NCBI GenBank assembly: GCA_964365955.1
Contig: CAYISA010000001.1
Location: 18,607-82,606, forward strand
DNA length: 64,000 nt
Reading direction: 5' to 3'
From: an uncultured Candidatus Saccharibacteria bacterium
Lineage (GTDB): Bacteria > Patescibacteriota > Minisyncoccia > UBA6257 > GWB1-50-10
Each line of letters begins with the position of its first letter. The first letter of the stretch is position 1. Positions 1-9,115 of the stretch are shown here, piece after piece. The position numbers were made by a program, and so were the translations under genes. The notes under the pieces were generated by a model, which had not been told where the DNA came from, did no database searches, and saw only the letters and a list, made by a program, of their open reading frames with translations.

Positions 1-1533
1 TGAATCTAAATCGGAAATCGCGGAAAATTCCACAAGCGTCCCTTCCGCAAATCGCGCGCCGCATACCGCACCGCACTCAATGCCCGTAGGACCCGAGATA
101 ATTTTCCCGGAACCCGTTCCAGTTTTAGAAACGGAAACAGAAAACATTTTTCCCGTTGTCGAGGCGACAACGGTCGAAGTTGCAACAAAAGAATTCTCTC
201 TTCTCGGCGTCCCCATGATCCCACTCGTGCCACTCCCTACATGCGTGTGCCAACTAAAATCCGTGCCCCGCTCCATCGTGCGGTAATCGGGAGATGCATT
301 TCCGGCGGGCCACGTTTTCCCACTCCCCCCATCCGCACTTACCACGTCTACCAACCGACACGTGGAATCAAAAAGTCTTAAAATTTCGTCACTATTTTTC
401 AATCCTCCCATGTAAATAAAATCGGCTGGGATGGTCGGAACCGTTTCATCGTCCGTTCGTTCCAATAGATAGAATCCGTTTGCGGAAAGAACGGAACCCT
501 CCGGAAACACCGTGCGTAAATTTCCGCTTTTGTTCACTGCCTGCCAACCGGCTAATGCTACGGCAGTCCCGCCGGGATTTTTAAGCTCAAACCATTCGTG
601 CGATGTTTTGTCGTTTGCAGTTCCCGCCCACGCCACTTCATTGATCAAAACAGAACGCGTGGGAATCCCTGTGGCATCAGCAGGGCAAAAAGCGACGTTT
701 TCAATAAGGGCAACCGCAGGCGCGAGAGAAGAAGATGTCGATATCGCCATTCTATTCGTGCTCGTGCGCGGGGTGGCATCTGCCACAACCGTATTTTCTC
801 TTCGCGGCGTTCCTCCTTCCACACGCGACGTATGCCACATAAGCATCGTGAGATTTCTTTCCATGGTCTGCTTGGTATCGTTTTCTCCCGCCGACCATGA
901 CGGATCCGCCGCAATTGCATCTTCCACCCCACAGTCTGCGTTCAAAAGGCGGAGTGTTTGATCACTATTTCTGATCGCGCCTGAAAATTCAGCGTCCACG
1001 GACATTCCCGGAAACATTGTTCCTTTTCGCGCAAGAAGAAAAAACGCGCCGGGGAGAATGCGTGTGCCACGCGGAATTGTTAAATTCAATTTTCCGTCCT
1101 CGTCCAAAACACTCCAGCCGGAAATATCGACCGGAACACCGGAACGATTCGCAAGTTCAATCCACTCGTGCCGCGCAGACGTGCGCGTACCCATCCAAGC
1201 AATTTCGCTAAAAATAACGGAATGGTTTTTCACAATATCTCCGGCTTCTGTGTCACACGAACGGTTCTGCGGTTGCGCAGAAAATGTCGGCGCGCTATTT
1301 GTTTGCCCGACAGGTTCGGTTTCTCTAAGTGCAATTTCTTCCTGCGTGCTTTTCGGGTAAAATGTTTCCTTTGCAACACGCCCAAGTGTTGCAAACGGTT
1401 CTGCAATAGACGCAAGCAATGAGGAATCAGGATTACTTCGCGCCAAACTCCCCATGCCCATACCCGCAACAAACACTAGTCCTATCCCAAGCGCAATTAC
1501 AGCCACTTTGTATTTTACAAAAAAACCGCCCAT
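1..1533 (-). CDS. Exported/membrane-anchored protein with two lamin-tail-domain (LTD)-like modules; partial, 3' end lies beyond the left edge
   Basis: Absent from the ORF track because it has no stop in the window. My translation of the minus strand from ATG 1533-1531 reads MGGFFVKYKVAVIALGIGLVFVAG (TM helix) and stays open to position 1. Two LTD-like motifs are present: VIFSEIAWMGT..HEWIELANRSG..DISGWSV and VLINEVAWAGT..HEWFELKNPGG..LAGWQAV. The listed ORFs at 6-1472 are other-frame shadows of this gene. Confidence 0.65.
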   Translation of the reverse strand, partial: MGGFFVKYKVAVIALGIGLVFVAGMGMGSLARSNPDSSLLASIAEPFATLGRVAKETFYPKSTQEEIALRETEPVGQTNSAPTFSAQPQNRSCDTEAGDIVKNHSVIFSEIAWMGTRTSARHEWIELANRSGVPVDISGWSVLDEDGKLNLTIPRGTRILPGAFFLLARKGTMFPGMSVDAEFSGAIRNSDQTLRLLNADCGVEDAIAADPSWSAGENDTKQTMERNLTMLMWHTSRVEGGTPRRENTVVADATPRTSTNRMAISTSSSLAPAVALIENVAFCPADATGIPTRSVLINEVAWAGTANDKTSHEWFELKNPGGTAVALAGWQAVNKSGNLRTVFPEGSVLSANGFYLLERTDDETVPTIPADFIYMGGLKNSDEILRLFDSTCRLVDVVSADGGSGKTWPAGNASPDYRTMERGTDFSWHTHVGSGTSGIMGTPRRENSFVATSTVVASTTGKMFSVSVSKTGTGSGKIISGPTGIECGAVCGARFAEGTLVEFSAISDLDS

Positions 1534-1604
1534 TGTTTTAGGAATAGTGTAGCAACTAAAATATATTCGTCAAATAAAAAACTTCCTGGCAAAACAATAT
1601 CCTC

Positions 1605-3188
1605 TTACCTGCAAAGAACGTAAACAGTCGGAGCGTAACAAAAATAACGGATTGAGGTTAAAGTCTGTGCTGTGCAATCGAACAAGGGGGCGGTAGTCGC
1701 AAACCAACCTTCCGAATATCCAGTGTGCGACGCGAGAGTTTGATTAAAGACAGTCGCAAGACCCTGCTTCAAAAGTGACGGCTTCTCGGTAACCCATCCC
1801 GTGCAAGTCGATAAACCAACCGTATGCGACGTGCCGCAGGTCGCGAACGTGTCCGTATCGGCAGTAATAATATGACAACCACCTCCCACCGGGATAGTCG
1901 GATTCCAAGCTATAATAGTCGGCTTAATCGTGGCCGGGTTAAACATGCTCGAACTGTTGTATACTTTTGTTTCTAGACCGCTACAATCATAATCAAACGA
2001 TCCGTCACCGCGCTGGGTATAAAAATAACTTGTTTGTCCTGGTTTTGCGTTATAGTTTGAGTCATAACAATCCATAACGGGCTGGCGCGTATCAAGGGTA
2101 GCCCCGACAGGCGCGGCCGACATACGAACATGCCCTACCCATATTGGAGAAGAACTAGTATATCGCGCCAATAATGTGGAAGCGGGAGGATACCTATCAT
2201 TATCTATGTCGTCATAATAAACATACTTTTTCACGATGTTCCCCCCGCCGGAACTTTTAAGGATCGTGATAGCACTTCCTGCCTGTTTAGCCCCCGTTCC
2301 TCCCGCAAGGAGTGTGATGTTATTTCCCGGGGCATAAGCAAAAGTGGCGCCCCCCGATATGGTAATGGACTTGGCATTTAAATCCAGATCAAATCCATCA
2401 ATGCCATCAACATCAGAAACACTAGAAAGAAAACACGGTCCTGTTAGACTTCGTGGTGTTGTTGTTGTTGCGATCGTACAAACCGGGTCTGACCATGCAA
2501 GTTCCAAGTGATTCTTCCGCGCAAGCGCGTCTATCGCAAAAAATGTCGTGCGGTAGGTGGTTTTATGCGTATCATGCGCGACCCAGGATCCCTCATACAC
2601 ATACTGGCGCAAGGACTGCGCTTTTGCGGTTTCAAAAAGCGACGTCCGCTCCTCACTCGTATGTTTTGCCATCCATTCTTCTTTCGCCACCAACACGCCT
2701 TTTTCGTCAAAAAAGACGGGTTGGTCAAACTGATCCGTAACACTAACCGCTCCGGCAGATGCTAATACAAGCGGAACTTTATCTTTTCCTTTGTCGTGCC
2801 CCACTTCTGCATAGACTTCCGTAAGCGCGGCGGTGTCATTTATCACGATTCGCATCCTCTGCGTGTCGCCCGGATGAACATCTAAAGGATCTAACACGCC
2901 CGACACAAACTGCGGGTACACGTCCGCGCTGGTGATGGAGTCAAACTCCGCCTTTCCCTTCGGAATCCGCCAGCGTTCCCCTTTTATATTTACAAATTCA
3001 GCCAAAGCCACCGATGCGATGGGAGAAGATACTTCGCTCGTAGCAACGGGGGGGAGTACGGACATGGCAACTTCCCCGACGTTAAACTGGGCCTTAATAA
3101 GAAATAGAATCCCCAAAAATAGGCCGAGTAACAGACCTAAAAAAACGAGGTTCTTTTTGTTATCCATCATGGATTCATTATACACCAC
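1605..3188 (-). CDS. Hypothetical exported protein with N-terminal membrane anchor and Cys-rich C-terminal half
   Basis: 527-aa ORF. The N-terminus NKKNLVFLGLLLGLFLGILFLI looks like a signal anchor. No family recognised. Confidence 0.6.
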   Translation of the reverse strand: MVYNESMMDNKKNLVFLGLLLGLFLGILFLIKAQFNVGEVAMSVLPPVATSEVSSPIASVALAEFVNIKGERWRIPKGKAEFDSITSADVYPQFVSGVLDPLDVHPGDTQRMRIVINDTAALTEVYAEVGHDKGKDKVPLVLASAGAVSVTDQFDQPVFFDEKGVLVAKEEWMAKHTSEERTSLFETAKAQSLRQYVYEGSWVAHDTHKTTYRTTFFAIDALARKNHLELAWSDPVCTIATTTTPRSLTGPCFLSSVSDVDGIDGFDLDLNAKSITISGGATFAYAPGNNITLLAGGTGAKQAGSAITILKSSGGGNIVKKYVYYDDIDNDRYPPASTLLARYTSSSPIWVGHVRMSAAPVGATLDTRQPVMDCYDSNYNAKPGQTSYFYTQRGDGSFDYDCSGLETKVYNSSSMFNPATIKPTIIAWNPTIPVGGGCHIITADTDTFATCGTSHTVGLSTCTGWVTEKPSLLKQGLATVFNQTLASHTGYSEGWFATTAPLFDCTAQTLTSIRYFCYAPTVYVLCR

Positions 3189-3213
3189 GCGGATTTACGC
3201 GGTATGGAGAAAC

Positions 3214-3242
3214 TTGCATTTTAAGAATAGGCGTGATATAAT
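3214..3242 (+). promoter_or_regulatory. Sigma70-like promoter (TTGCAT-17 nt-TATAAT)
   Basis: TTGCAT at 3214-3219, a 17-nt spacer, and TATAAT at 3237-3242, about 35 nt upstream of the 3276 start. Confidence 0.4.
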
Positions 3243-3275
3243 ACAAACAGTAAACTAAACAACTGAATAATTGGA

Positions 3276-4724
3276 ATGAAAGGACTTGTTATGAAAAATC
3301 TATTGGTGGTATTGCTTATACTCTTCATCGCTGTCTCTATCGGCTTTTCCCAGTCCGTTACAAAAATCTGGGAGAAAAAACTGGAAGGGGACCCTAGTTC
3401 ACAGCCACGTGCAATTGTGGCGGACACAAATAACTGTGTCTATCTCGCGGATGAGTACTACAAAGATCAAAAATATTTGCGTATTCGCAAATTTTCACCC
3501 GCGGGTGCGAAACTCTGGGAATGGATTGACACAGCATCACCGGGCGCTAGAATCTACCCAAAATCCATTGCTTACTCCGTCAAAGATAACTCTATTATTG
3601 CCCCCACGACTACCGCGCTCAATAAATTAAGCGCGGATGGAGTACTGTTGTGGAAAATGCCTTATGCGGGAGGGGTTGCTTCCGTCTTCGGGGACACCAT
3701 CGTTACGCTTACACCAGGGAATATAAGCGGAACGGTTTCGTTTTTTGATCTGAATGGAAACTTTGTCCGAAGCTTTCAAACAGGAATGCTCACACTTGGA
3801 TTTATTGGAATTTCCTTCAGAGACAATTTCATTTGGGTCTCTGCAAATAGTCCGGACGGGATTATCTCAAACACAGCGGCGTATCTTGCTAAATTCACAA
3901 CCAGTGGAATATTGCTCTGGAGGTGGAACGCACCGGACGTAAGCATGTCATTCTCTGATGTAGATCAAGATGGGAACGCATACTTCGCACTTACACAATT
4001 TCGCATACTTCCGGAGCCCTTATGGGTGGAACTGGCGTACCGCCTTGTCGCATTGAATGCGGTAGGAGATGTTGTATGGGATCGCGAGTGGATTGAACAT
4101 CCGCGAGGGTTTGCGAATCAGTATAATTATACGCAAAGTATTGCCGTATCCAGCCATGATATTATCAACCGCCAAGTAGTTCTTTTAGGAATTACGGAGC
4201 GGAGTGATAGTTTGGCCGATGGTAACGCGCAATACTACGCGCGATGTTTCAAAGCAACAAACGGAGATTCGCTCTGGAAGTTACGCGGAGATTATGATCC
4301 TGCGTATAAAGTGTCCCAGTATGAAGCTGGCACATTCACTCCCGACGGAGATCTGGTAATCGCAGGCGATGGATTTCCTCCATCACTTGCAGTCACGTCT
4401 TACCTCCAGAAGTTCCATTCAACGACAACAGAGGTTCGTGAATTTCCAAATCTTCTTCCTATTGGGTTTTCCATTTCCCAAAACTATCCGAATCCCTTTA
4501 ACCCGACGACACACATAAGATTCGCGGTTCCGCGCGCAACACACGTGAAACTCGCGGTCTATGATATCTTGGGTCGAGAGGTAGAAATTTTGTGGGATGG
4601 AGAAAAATCTCCCGCAGTCTACGAGGCGGATTGGGACGCGACAAATTCTTCGAGCGGAATCTATTTTGCGCGGTTTACTACCCCTTCGGGAATAGAAACG
4701 CGCAAAATGATGCTACTGAAATAA
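3276..4724 (+). CDS. Secreted beta-propeller-like protein with T9SS-type C-terminal sorting domain
   Basis: Signal peptide MKNLLVVLLILFIAVSIGFS. The C-terminus NYPNPFNPTTHIRFAVP..VKLAVYDILGREV..SGIYFARF..RKMMLLK matches the Por/T9SS CTD pattern. Confidence 0.8.
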   Translation: MKGLVMKNLLVVLLILFIAVSIGFSQSVTKIWEKKLEGDPSSQPRAIVADTNNCVYLADEYYKDQKYLRIRKFSPAGAKLWEWIDTASPGARIYPKSIAYSVKDNSIIAPTTTALNKLSADGVLLWKMPYAGGVASVFGDTIVTLTPGNISGTVSFFDLNGNFVRSFQTGMLTLGFIGISFRDNFIWVSANSPDGIISNTAAYLAKFTTSGILLWRWNAPDVSMSFSDVDQDGNAYFALTQFRILPEPLWVELAYRLVALNAVGDVVWDREWIEHPRGFANQYNYTQSIAVSSHDIINRQVVLLGITERSDSLADGNAQYYARCFKATNGDSLWKLRGDYDPAYKVSQYEAGTFTPDGDLVIAGDGFPPSLAVTSYLQKFHSTTTEVREFPNLLPIGFSISQNYPNPFNPTTHIRFAVPRATHVKLAVYDILGREVEILWDGEKSPAVYEADWDATNSSSGIYFARFTTPSGIETRKMMLLK

Positions 4725-4735
4725 AGTGGAAACAC

Positions 4736-4766
4736 AAACCCCTGCGGTATGCGGGGGTTTTTATTT
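4736..4766. terminator. Bidirectional rho-independent terminator
   Basis: 10-bp stem (AAACCCCTGC / GCGGGGGTTT) with a 5-nt loop and flanking A/T runs, placed between convergent genes. Confidence 0.6.
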
Positions 4767-7700
4767 ATCGTATAAGTTTATCGAGATTAAACCCTTCCAC
4801 GTCGTCGTTGCGCCGATTCCCGAGCGTTTCCGAATCAAACCGCGGAGCGGTCAGGCGATAACTTACTTCCCCTTCGGAAGAACCGTAGATTATGACGCGC
4901 ATCGTTACCGCATCTTTTTCGTACCATACGTTGCCGTCAAACGCGGGCGTTAAAAGGACCGTCATGCCATCAAAATGATTCGCCAAGTTTGTAACTTTCG
5001 AAAAGAGCCATAAATCCGACGCCTCTTCCGCATTTTTAAAATCCACGCTCGCGCTATAACGCCCGTCTTGTTTGGCCAAGCGCGCAACGCCCGACGTTTC
5101 TTCTTTCTGGCCCGTCATTGCGGCGCCATAGGTGGCGTAACGCTTTCCGCCGATCGTGTAAACCGGGTCCCATGTTCCGACGCTGATTTTGCCGGTACCG
5201 CCACCAAATACCGCTACCAACCCGGTGGTGGTTGTGCCAACACTAAGCAGAGCGGAAGGAGTAGTGGTTCCTATGCCAACCTTCCCGGCAAAATAAGACG
5301 CTGCGGTTGCAAGAGAATAGATTGCATAATTTCCGGCACCTGCACTAGGAGATCCTATTCGAATTCCTTGGTTAGATGTGTTGCCAAACGCGGAAAAAAT
5401 ACCTCCCACATTCGTTCCGCCAGCCCCCGTCCATGTGGATTCCCCCGAAAGACCCACCGCAAGACGCCCAGCGGCTGCTCCTCCACTATGAACCGCGCGA
5501 ACAGCGTACGTTTCCGCCGTGGACGCTTGGGTTCCTTCACTAAAATATGCCATAGCGAATCCTTGTGTTGAGTTTGTGCTCCCTACGGTAAACCGATAGC
5601 TGGAGGGTGATACTCCAATGCCGACATTCGCCCCGCGCACAAAAATAGCATCGGATGCCAGGTTTTGAATCACCAATGTTCCATCCAACCCCACACGGAA
5701 TTTTGTGGAGGTGGCGGTAGCCGTTCGGGAAAGACGCAGAACTTCATCGGTCGGAGAGGTACTCAAAACTTCCAACTTGGAACTGGGAGCTGCCACACCG
5801 ATACCCATATTACCGCTCGTATCAAAAATGGCGCGCAGGGTGGAGCTTGTATAAAACGCGATAGGAACGGTGATGCCGCCGCCTCGGATCTGCAGTTGCC
5901 CGGCCTGTCCATCCATACTTCCGCTACCCCCCATGGTTAGATGAGTTTGCCCCGAGCTATCCGATCCAATTGAAACTATGCCGCCGGTTACATTGTCGTC
6001 TACCGTAAAAATCCCCGTTCCGGGATTCCCCACAACCGCCAACTTCGCGGTTCCAGGAGTTGTTGCGCCCACAGCAACATTGTAAGAAGCAGATGTCGGA
6101 TTAAGATTATTCCCTGAAAGTGACCAAAAATTGGTCCCCCCAGTAGGAGCCGTCCATGTTGCAAGACCATTTGCGTCGGATGTTAATACCTTCCCCGACC
6201 CTTGCGTACCATCTACAATTTGAATCGCGTCGCCAAAAAATGCGGAACGCACCAAACCGCCGATCGGTACGGTGGTTGTGACATAAATCCCGTAGGATGT
6301 TGCCCCCGCGTTTGTTGCACGTCCTGGAGTTATAAAAAGCCCGTAAGAAACGGGAGTGCCGCTTCCCGAAAAAATTGCTTCTCCGCCCGCTACTTTCAGC
6401 CCATAGGAGTTTAGTCCTGTCGCACTATTTGAATTTGTTACGCCCAGTACTCCAGAGGTTCCGGTAATGTTGGAACTGATGGATGATGCGCCGCTTAAAA
6501 TTGTAATAGCGCCTGAAGAAATTGTTCCGATGTTTGAAAGATTGCGGCTGGTATCCATAAACTGCGTGCCGCTCATCTGAAGCGGTCCCGTAGCATTTAC
6601 GTTTCCTCCGTTTATTTGAAGTAAAGCGGTGCCCGTTACATTAGTTGCGTTTTGCCAAAAAGTAAAATAATTCGCTATTCCGGAACCTCCGATTCCGCTC
6701 GGCCACGAGTTCCGACATACTTCCCCGATACAGACGTTTGCCGCAAACGTGGAAGTGGCGCTCACGGTTAAATCTCCGGTCACATCAAGCGCCGTTGCGG
6801 GAGCGACCGCCGAGCCAATACGAACATCAGATGCAAAACGAACATCGGCGGGATAGAAAAGCACCGTGGGACCGCTTGCGGTTCCATTCGGATAAAACTG
6901 GATTGAACCGCTCTGTGTGGCGCCTCCGCTGAAACCCATGTAGAAGCGATCGCCTGCCACATCATGTTTCTGCACCCATTGTCCCAATGTCGGACTTGAG
7001 GTCGCAATCCAAAACGCACCGGTCACCCGCGCGTTTCCCGCTACATCAAGCGGATAAGCGGGATTTGTGTTCCCGTTGCCTGCCCCTATAAAACCATTTT
7101 TTAGCGTGAGGAGATCCGCACCCGCTACATTTACAACAAACGCGCTATCCGTTCCCTCTTTAAAAACCACAGGATTTGCCGCTGTGGAACGAAAAAGTCC
7201 GAACAGTGGATCAGCCCCACCCGCAACGGAAAACGGATAGAGCGGTGTTGTGGTTCCGAGTCCAATATTACTTCCACTGACTGCAAGCGGGGACGTTCCA
7301 GAAAGCGCTGTTGCACTTGTCCAGTATGGAATATAATTTGCGGTTCCGGCACCTGTCACCGTGCCATTGCCTTTATTGTTAAACGTTGTCCAATCCGTGA
7401 AAGAAAGATAACCATTCGTCGTTCCATTTGCTTGGCTGATGGAAATATTCGGAGTGGCGCCTCCGCTACTGGTGAGCGGGAGCGAAGCGGTCACACTTGT
7501 GACGCCTACTGTATCAATATCATTCGAACACACAATCGTTCCGGTAGAACTAAGAGAAGAAATTTTTTGTGTTCCGCCGCAGGTGCCGCCCAACATATTC
7601 AGCATAAGCGTACCCGAGGTCGTAATCGGTCCTCCACTCAAACCCGAACCGCTTCCAACACTTGTCACTGACCCGGCAGGCCACGAGTTCCGACATACTT

Positions 7701-8553
7701 CCCCGATACAGACGTTTGCCGCAAACGTGGAAGTGGCGCTCACGGTTAAATCTCCGGTCACATCAAGCGCCGTTGCGGGAGCGACCGCCGAGCCAATACG
7801 AACATCAGATGCAAAACGAACATCGGCGGGATAGAAAAGCACCGTGGGACCGCTTGCGGTTCCATTCGGATAAAACTGGATTGAACCGCTCTGTGTGGCG
7901 CCTCCGCTGAAACCCATGTAGAAGCGATCGCCTGCCACATCATGTTTCTGCACCCATTGTCCCAATGTCGGACTTGAGGTCGCAATCCAAAACGCACCGG
8001 TCACCCGCGCGTTTCCCGCTACATCAAGCGGATAAGCGGGAGCAACTGTGCCAATGCCGACATTATCCCGCACATAAGCACTTCCATAAACTGAAAATGG
8101 CTGTGGCAAACCCGTTTTAGAAGACGTCGCGACACCAAGCGACGCGGGAAATGCAAAATTGCCTCCACCTTGCAAAGATCCGAATACACCGGAGCTGACA
8201 TTATCGGCAGAAAGCGCGCCGGAGAACGCACCTAAAAATGAGTTTGCTTGTACGTTCCCGTTCACTTGTAATGCCTGCGCGGGAGCCACGGTACCAATGC
8301 CAACATTTCCATTCGGGAAGAAAAGAATATGCTGGTTGGATCCTCCGGAAGTTTGGAACAGGAGCTGGGATTGAGAAGAATACACCGTGCTCGTCCCAAT
8401 CTGTAACGCGCGCGTAGACGATGCAAAAAGAATTCCGCAGTTGCCAGTAGGCGGATTCCCACATGGGCCTTGGAACGTTTGTGCGTCTGCAACACCCACA
8501 AATAGTGCGATGGCGGCGATAGAAAAAAGAATGAGGGTTGGAAATTTATTCAT
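4765..8553 (-). CDS. Large secreted surface protein (1262 aa) with tail-fibre-like NVGIGT..P..L.V.G repeats
   Basis: Signal peptide MNKFPTLILFSIAAIALFVGVADA. Gly/Ser/Thr-rich, with the motif GIGT(V/T)xPxxxLxVxG recurring at least 7 times. Contains an exact 121-aa internal duplication. Confidence 0.85.
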   Translation of the reverse strand: MNKFPTLILFSIAAIALFVGVADAQTFQGPCGNPPTGNCGILFASSTRALQIGTSTVYSSQSQLLFQTSGGSNQHILFFPNGNVGIGTVAPAQALQVNGNVQANSFLGAFSGALSADNVSSGVFGSLQGGGNFAFPASLGVATSSKTGLPQPFSVYGSAYVRDNVGIGTVAPAYPLDVAGNARVTGAFWIATSSPTLGQWVQKHDVAGDRFYMGFSGGATQSGSIQFYPNGTASGPTVLFYPADVRFASDVRIGSAVAPATALDVTGDLTVSATSTFAANVCIGEVCRNSWPAGSVTSVGSGSGLSGGPITTSGTLMLNMLGGTCGGTQKISSLSSTGTIVCSNDIDTVGVTSVTASLPLTSSGGATPNISISQANGTTNGYLSFTDWTTFNNKGNGTVTGAGTANYIPYWTSATALSGTSPLAVSGSNIGLGTTTPLYPFSVAGGADPLFGLFRSTAANPVVFKEGTDSAFVVNVAGADLLTLKNGFIGAGNGNTNPAYPLDVAGNARVTGAFWIATSSPTLGQWVQKHDVAGDRFYMGFSGGATQSGSIQFYPNGTASGPTVLFYPADVRFASDVRIGSAVAPATALDVTGDLTVSATSTFAANVCIGEVCRNSWPSGIGGSGIANYFTFWQNATNVTGTALLQINGGNVNATGPLQMSGTQFMDTSRNLSNIGTISSGAITILSGASSISSNITGTSGVLGVTNSNSATGLNSYGLKVAGGEAIFSGSGTPVSYGLFITPGRATNAGATSYGIYVTTTVPIGGLVRSAFFGDAIQIVDGTQGSGKVLTSDANGLATWTAPTGGTNFWSLSGNNLNPTSASYNVAVGATTPGTAKLAVVGNPGTGIFTVDDNVTGGIVSIGSDSSGQTHLTMGGSGSMDGQAGQLQIRGGGITVPIAFYTSSTLRAIFDTSGNMGIGVAAPSSKLEVLSTSPTDEVLRLSRTATATSTKFRVGLDGTLVIQNLASDAIFVRGANVGIGVSPSSYRFTVGSTNSTQGFAMAYFSEGTQASTAETYAVRAVHSGGAAAGRLAVGLSGESTWTGAGGTNVGGIFSAFGNTSNQGIRIGSPSAGAGNYAIYSLATAASYFAGKVGIGTTTPSALLSVGTTTTGLVAVFGGGTGKISVGTWDPVYTIGGKRYATYGAAMTGQKEETSGVARLAKQDGRYSASVDFKNAEEASDLWLFSKVTNLANHFDGMTVLLTPAFDGNVWYEKDAVTMRVIIYGSSEGEVSYRLTAPRFDSETLGNRRNDDVEGFNLDKLIR
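6701..7063. repeat. Intragenic direct repeat, copy 1 (363 bp)
   Basis: Identical by my reading to 7679-8041 (offset 978 bp). Shadow ORFs 6780-7019 and 7758-7997 translate identically. Confidence 0.9.
7679..8041. repeat. Intragenic direct repeat, copy 2 (363 bp)
   Basis: See copy 1. Identity breaks at 6700/7678 and at 7064/8042. Confidence 0.9.
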
Positions 8554-8556
8554 GAT

Positions 8557-9066
8557 TTATGGCAACGCAACAAAAACTCCTTTTAATTGTTTCCCTGTGG
8601 GACAAAAATCGCGACACATAAAATCCGCTGTCCCCGTAAAATCAACCGTAAAACCGATAGGCTTTGTTTCGCCGGCACGCGCCGATTGATAGAGGCCAAG
8701 ATACGGCGCCGTGAAATCAAAGTCGCCACCCACCGCCGTCATGCGAATTTGCACTAAATCCCCTTTTTTTGCGGTAAGTGTTGCGGGCGCATATCCTGCG
8801 GCACTCACCGTTAAATCAAACATCTTGAGTTTTCGATCCGAATTCAGAGTAGCCGGAACTTCTACAGCCGCTTTTGAGGGTGATGCACCGAATGGAATTT
8901 CTGGTTTGAAATATTTTGGAGGCACTATGGAAACGGGCACGGGGTTAACATCGGGCACGGAAGGTACCGGCGACCTAACCATAGATTTTTGCGCGGTTAA
9001 AAACCAAATTCCCGCGACCACAATAATAACGGCGACTATTATAAGAACGATTTCTTTTTTTGACAT
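8557..9066 (-). CDS. Membrane-anchored cupredoxin-like domain protein (putative)
   Basis: TM anchor IVLIIVAVIIVVAGIWFL, then the pattern F.LTVSA.GY.P..LTAKKGDLV.I.MTA..GDFDF....G....F.C..FC, typical of single cupredoxin-fold proteins. Start moved to the internal ATG at 9066. Confidence 0.45.
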   Translation of the reverse strand: MSKKEIVLIIVAVIIVVAGIWFLTAQKSMVRSPVPSVPDVNPVPVSIVPPKYFKPEIPFGASPSKAAVEVPATLNSDRKLKMFDLTVSAAGYAPATLTAKKGDLVQIRMTAVGGDFDFTAPYLGLYQSARAGETKPIGFTVDFTGTADFMCRDFCPTGKQLKGVFVALP

Positions 9067-9115
9067 GCGGCGATTTTTATCATTATAGCACAGGCGGAGC
9101 ATCTTAATTCCGCGG

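Noticed and set aside
6701-8041. Repeat pair considered as a CRISPR or mobile-element terminal repeat
   Set aside because: There are only two copies, 363 bp long, in frame within one coding sequence and encoding an exact 121-aa duplication. This is not a CRISPR array or an IS.
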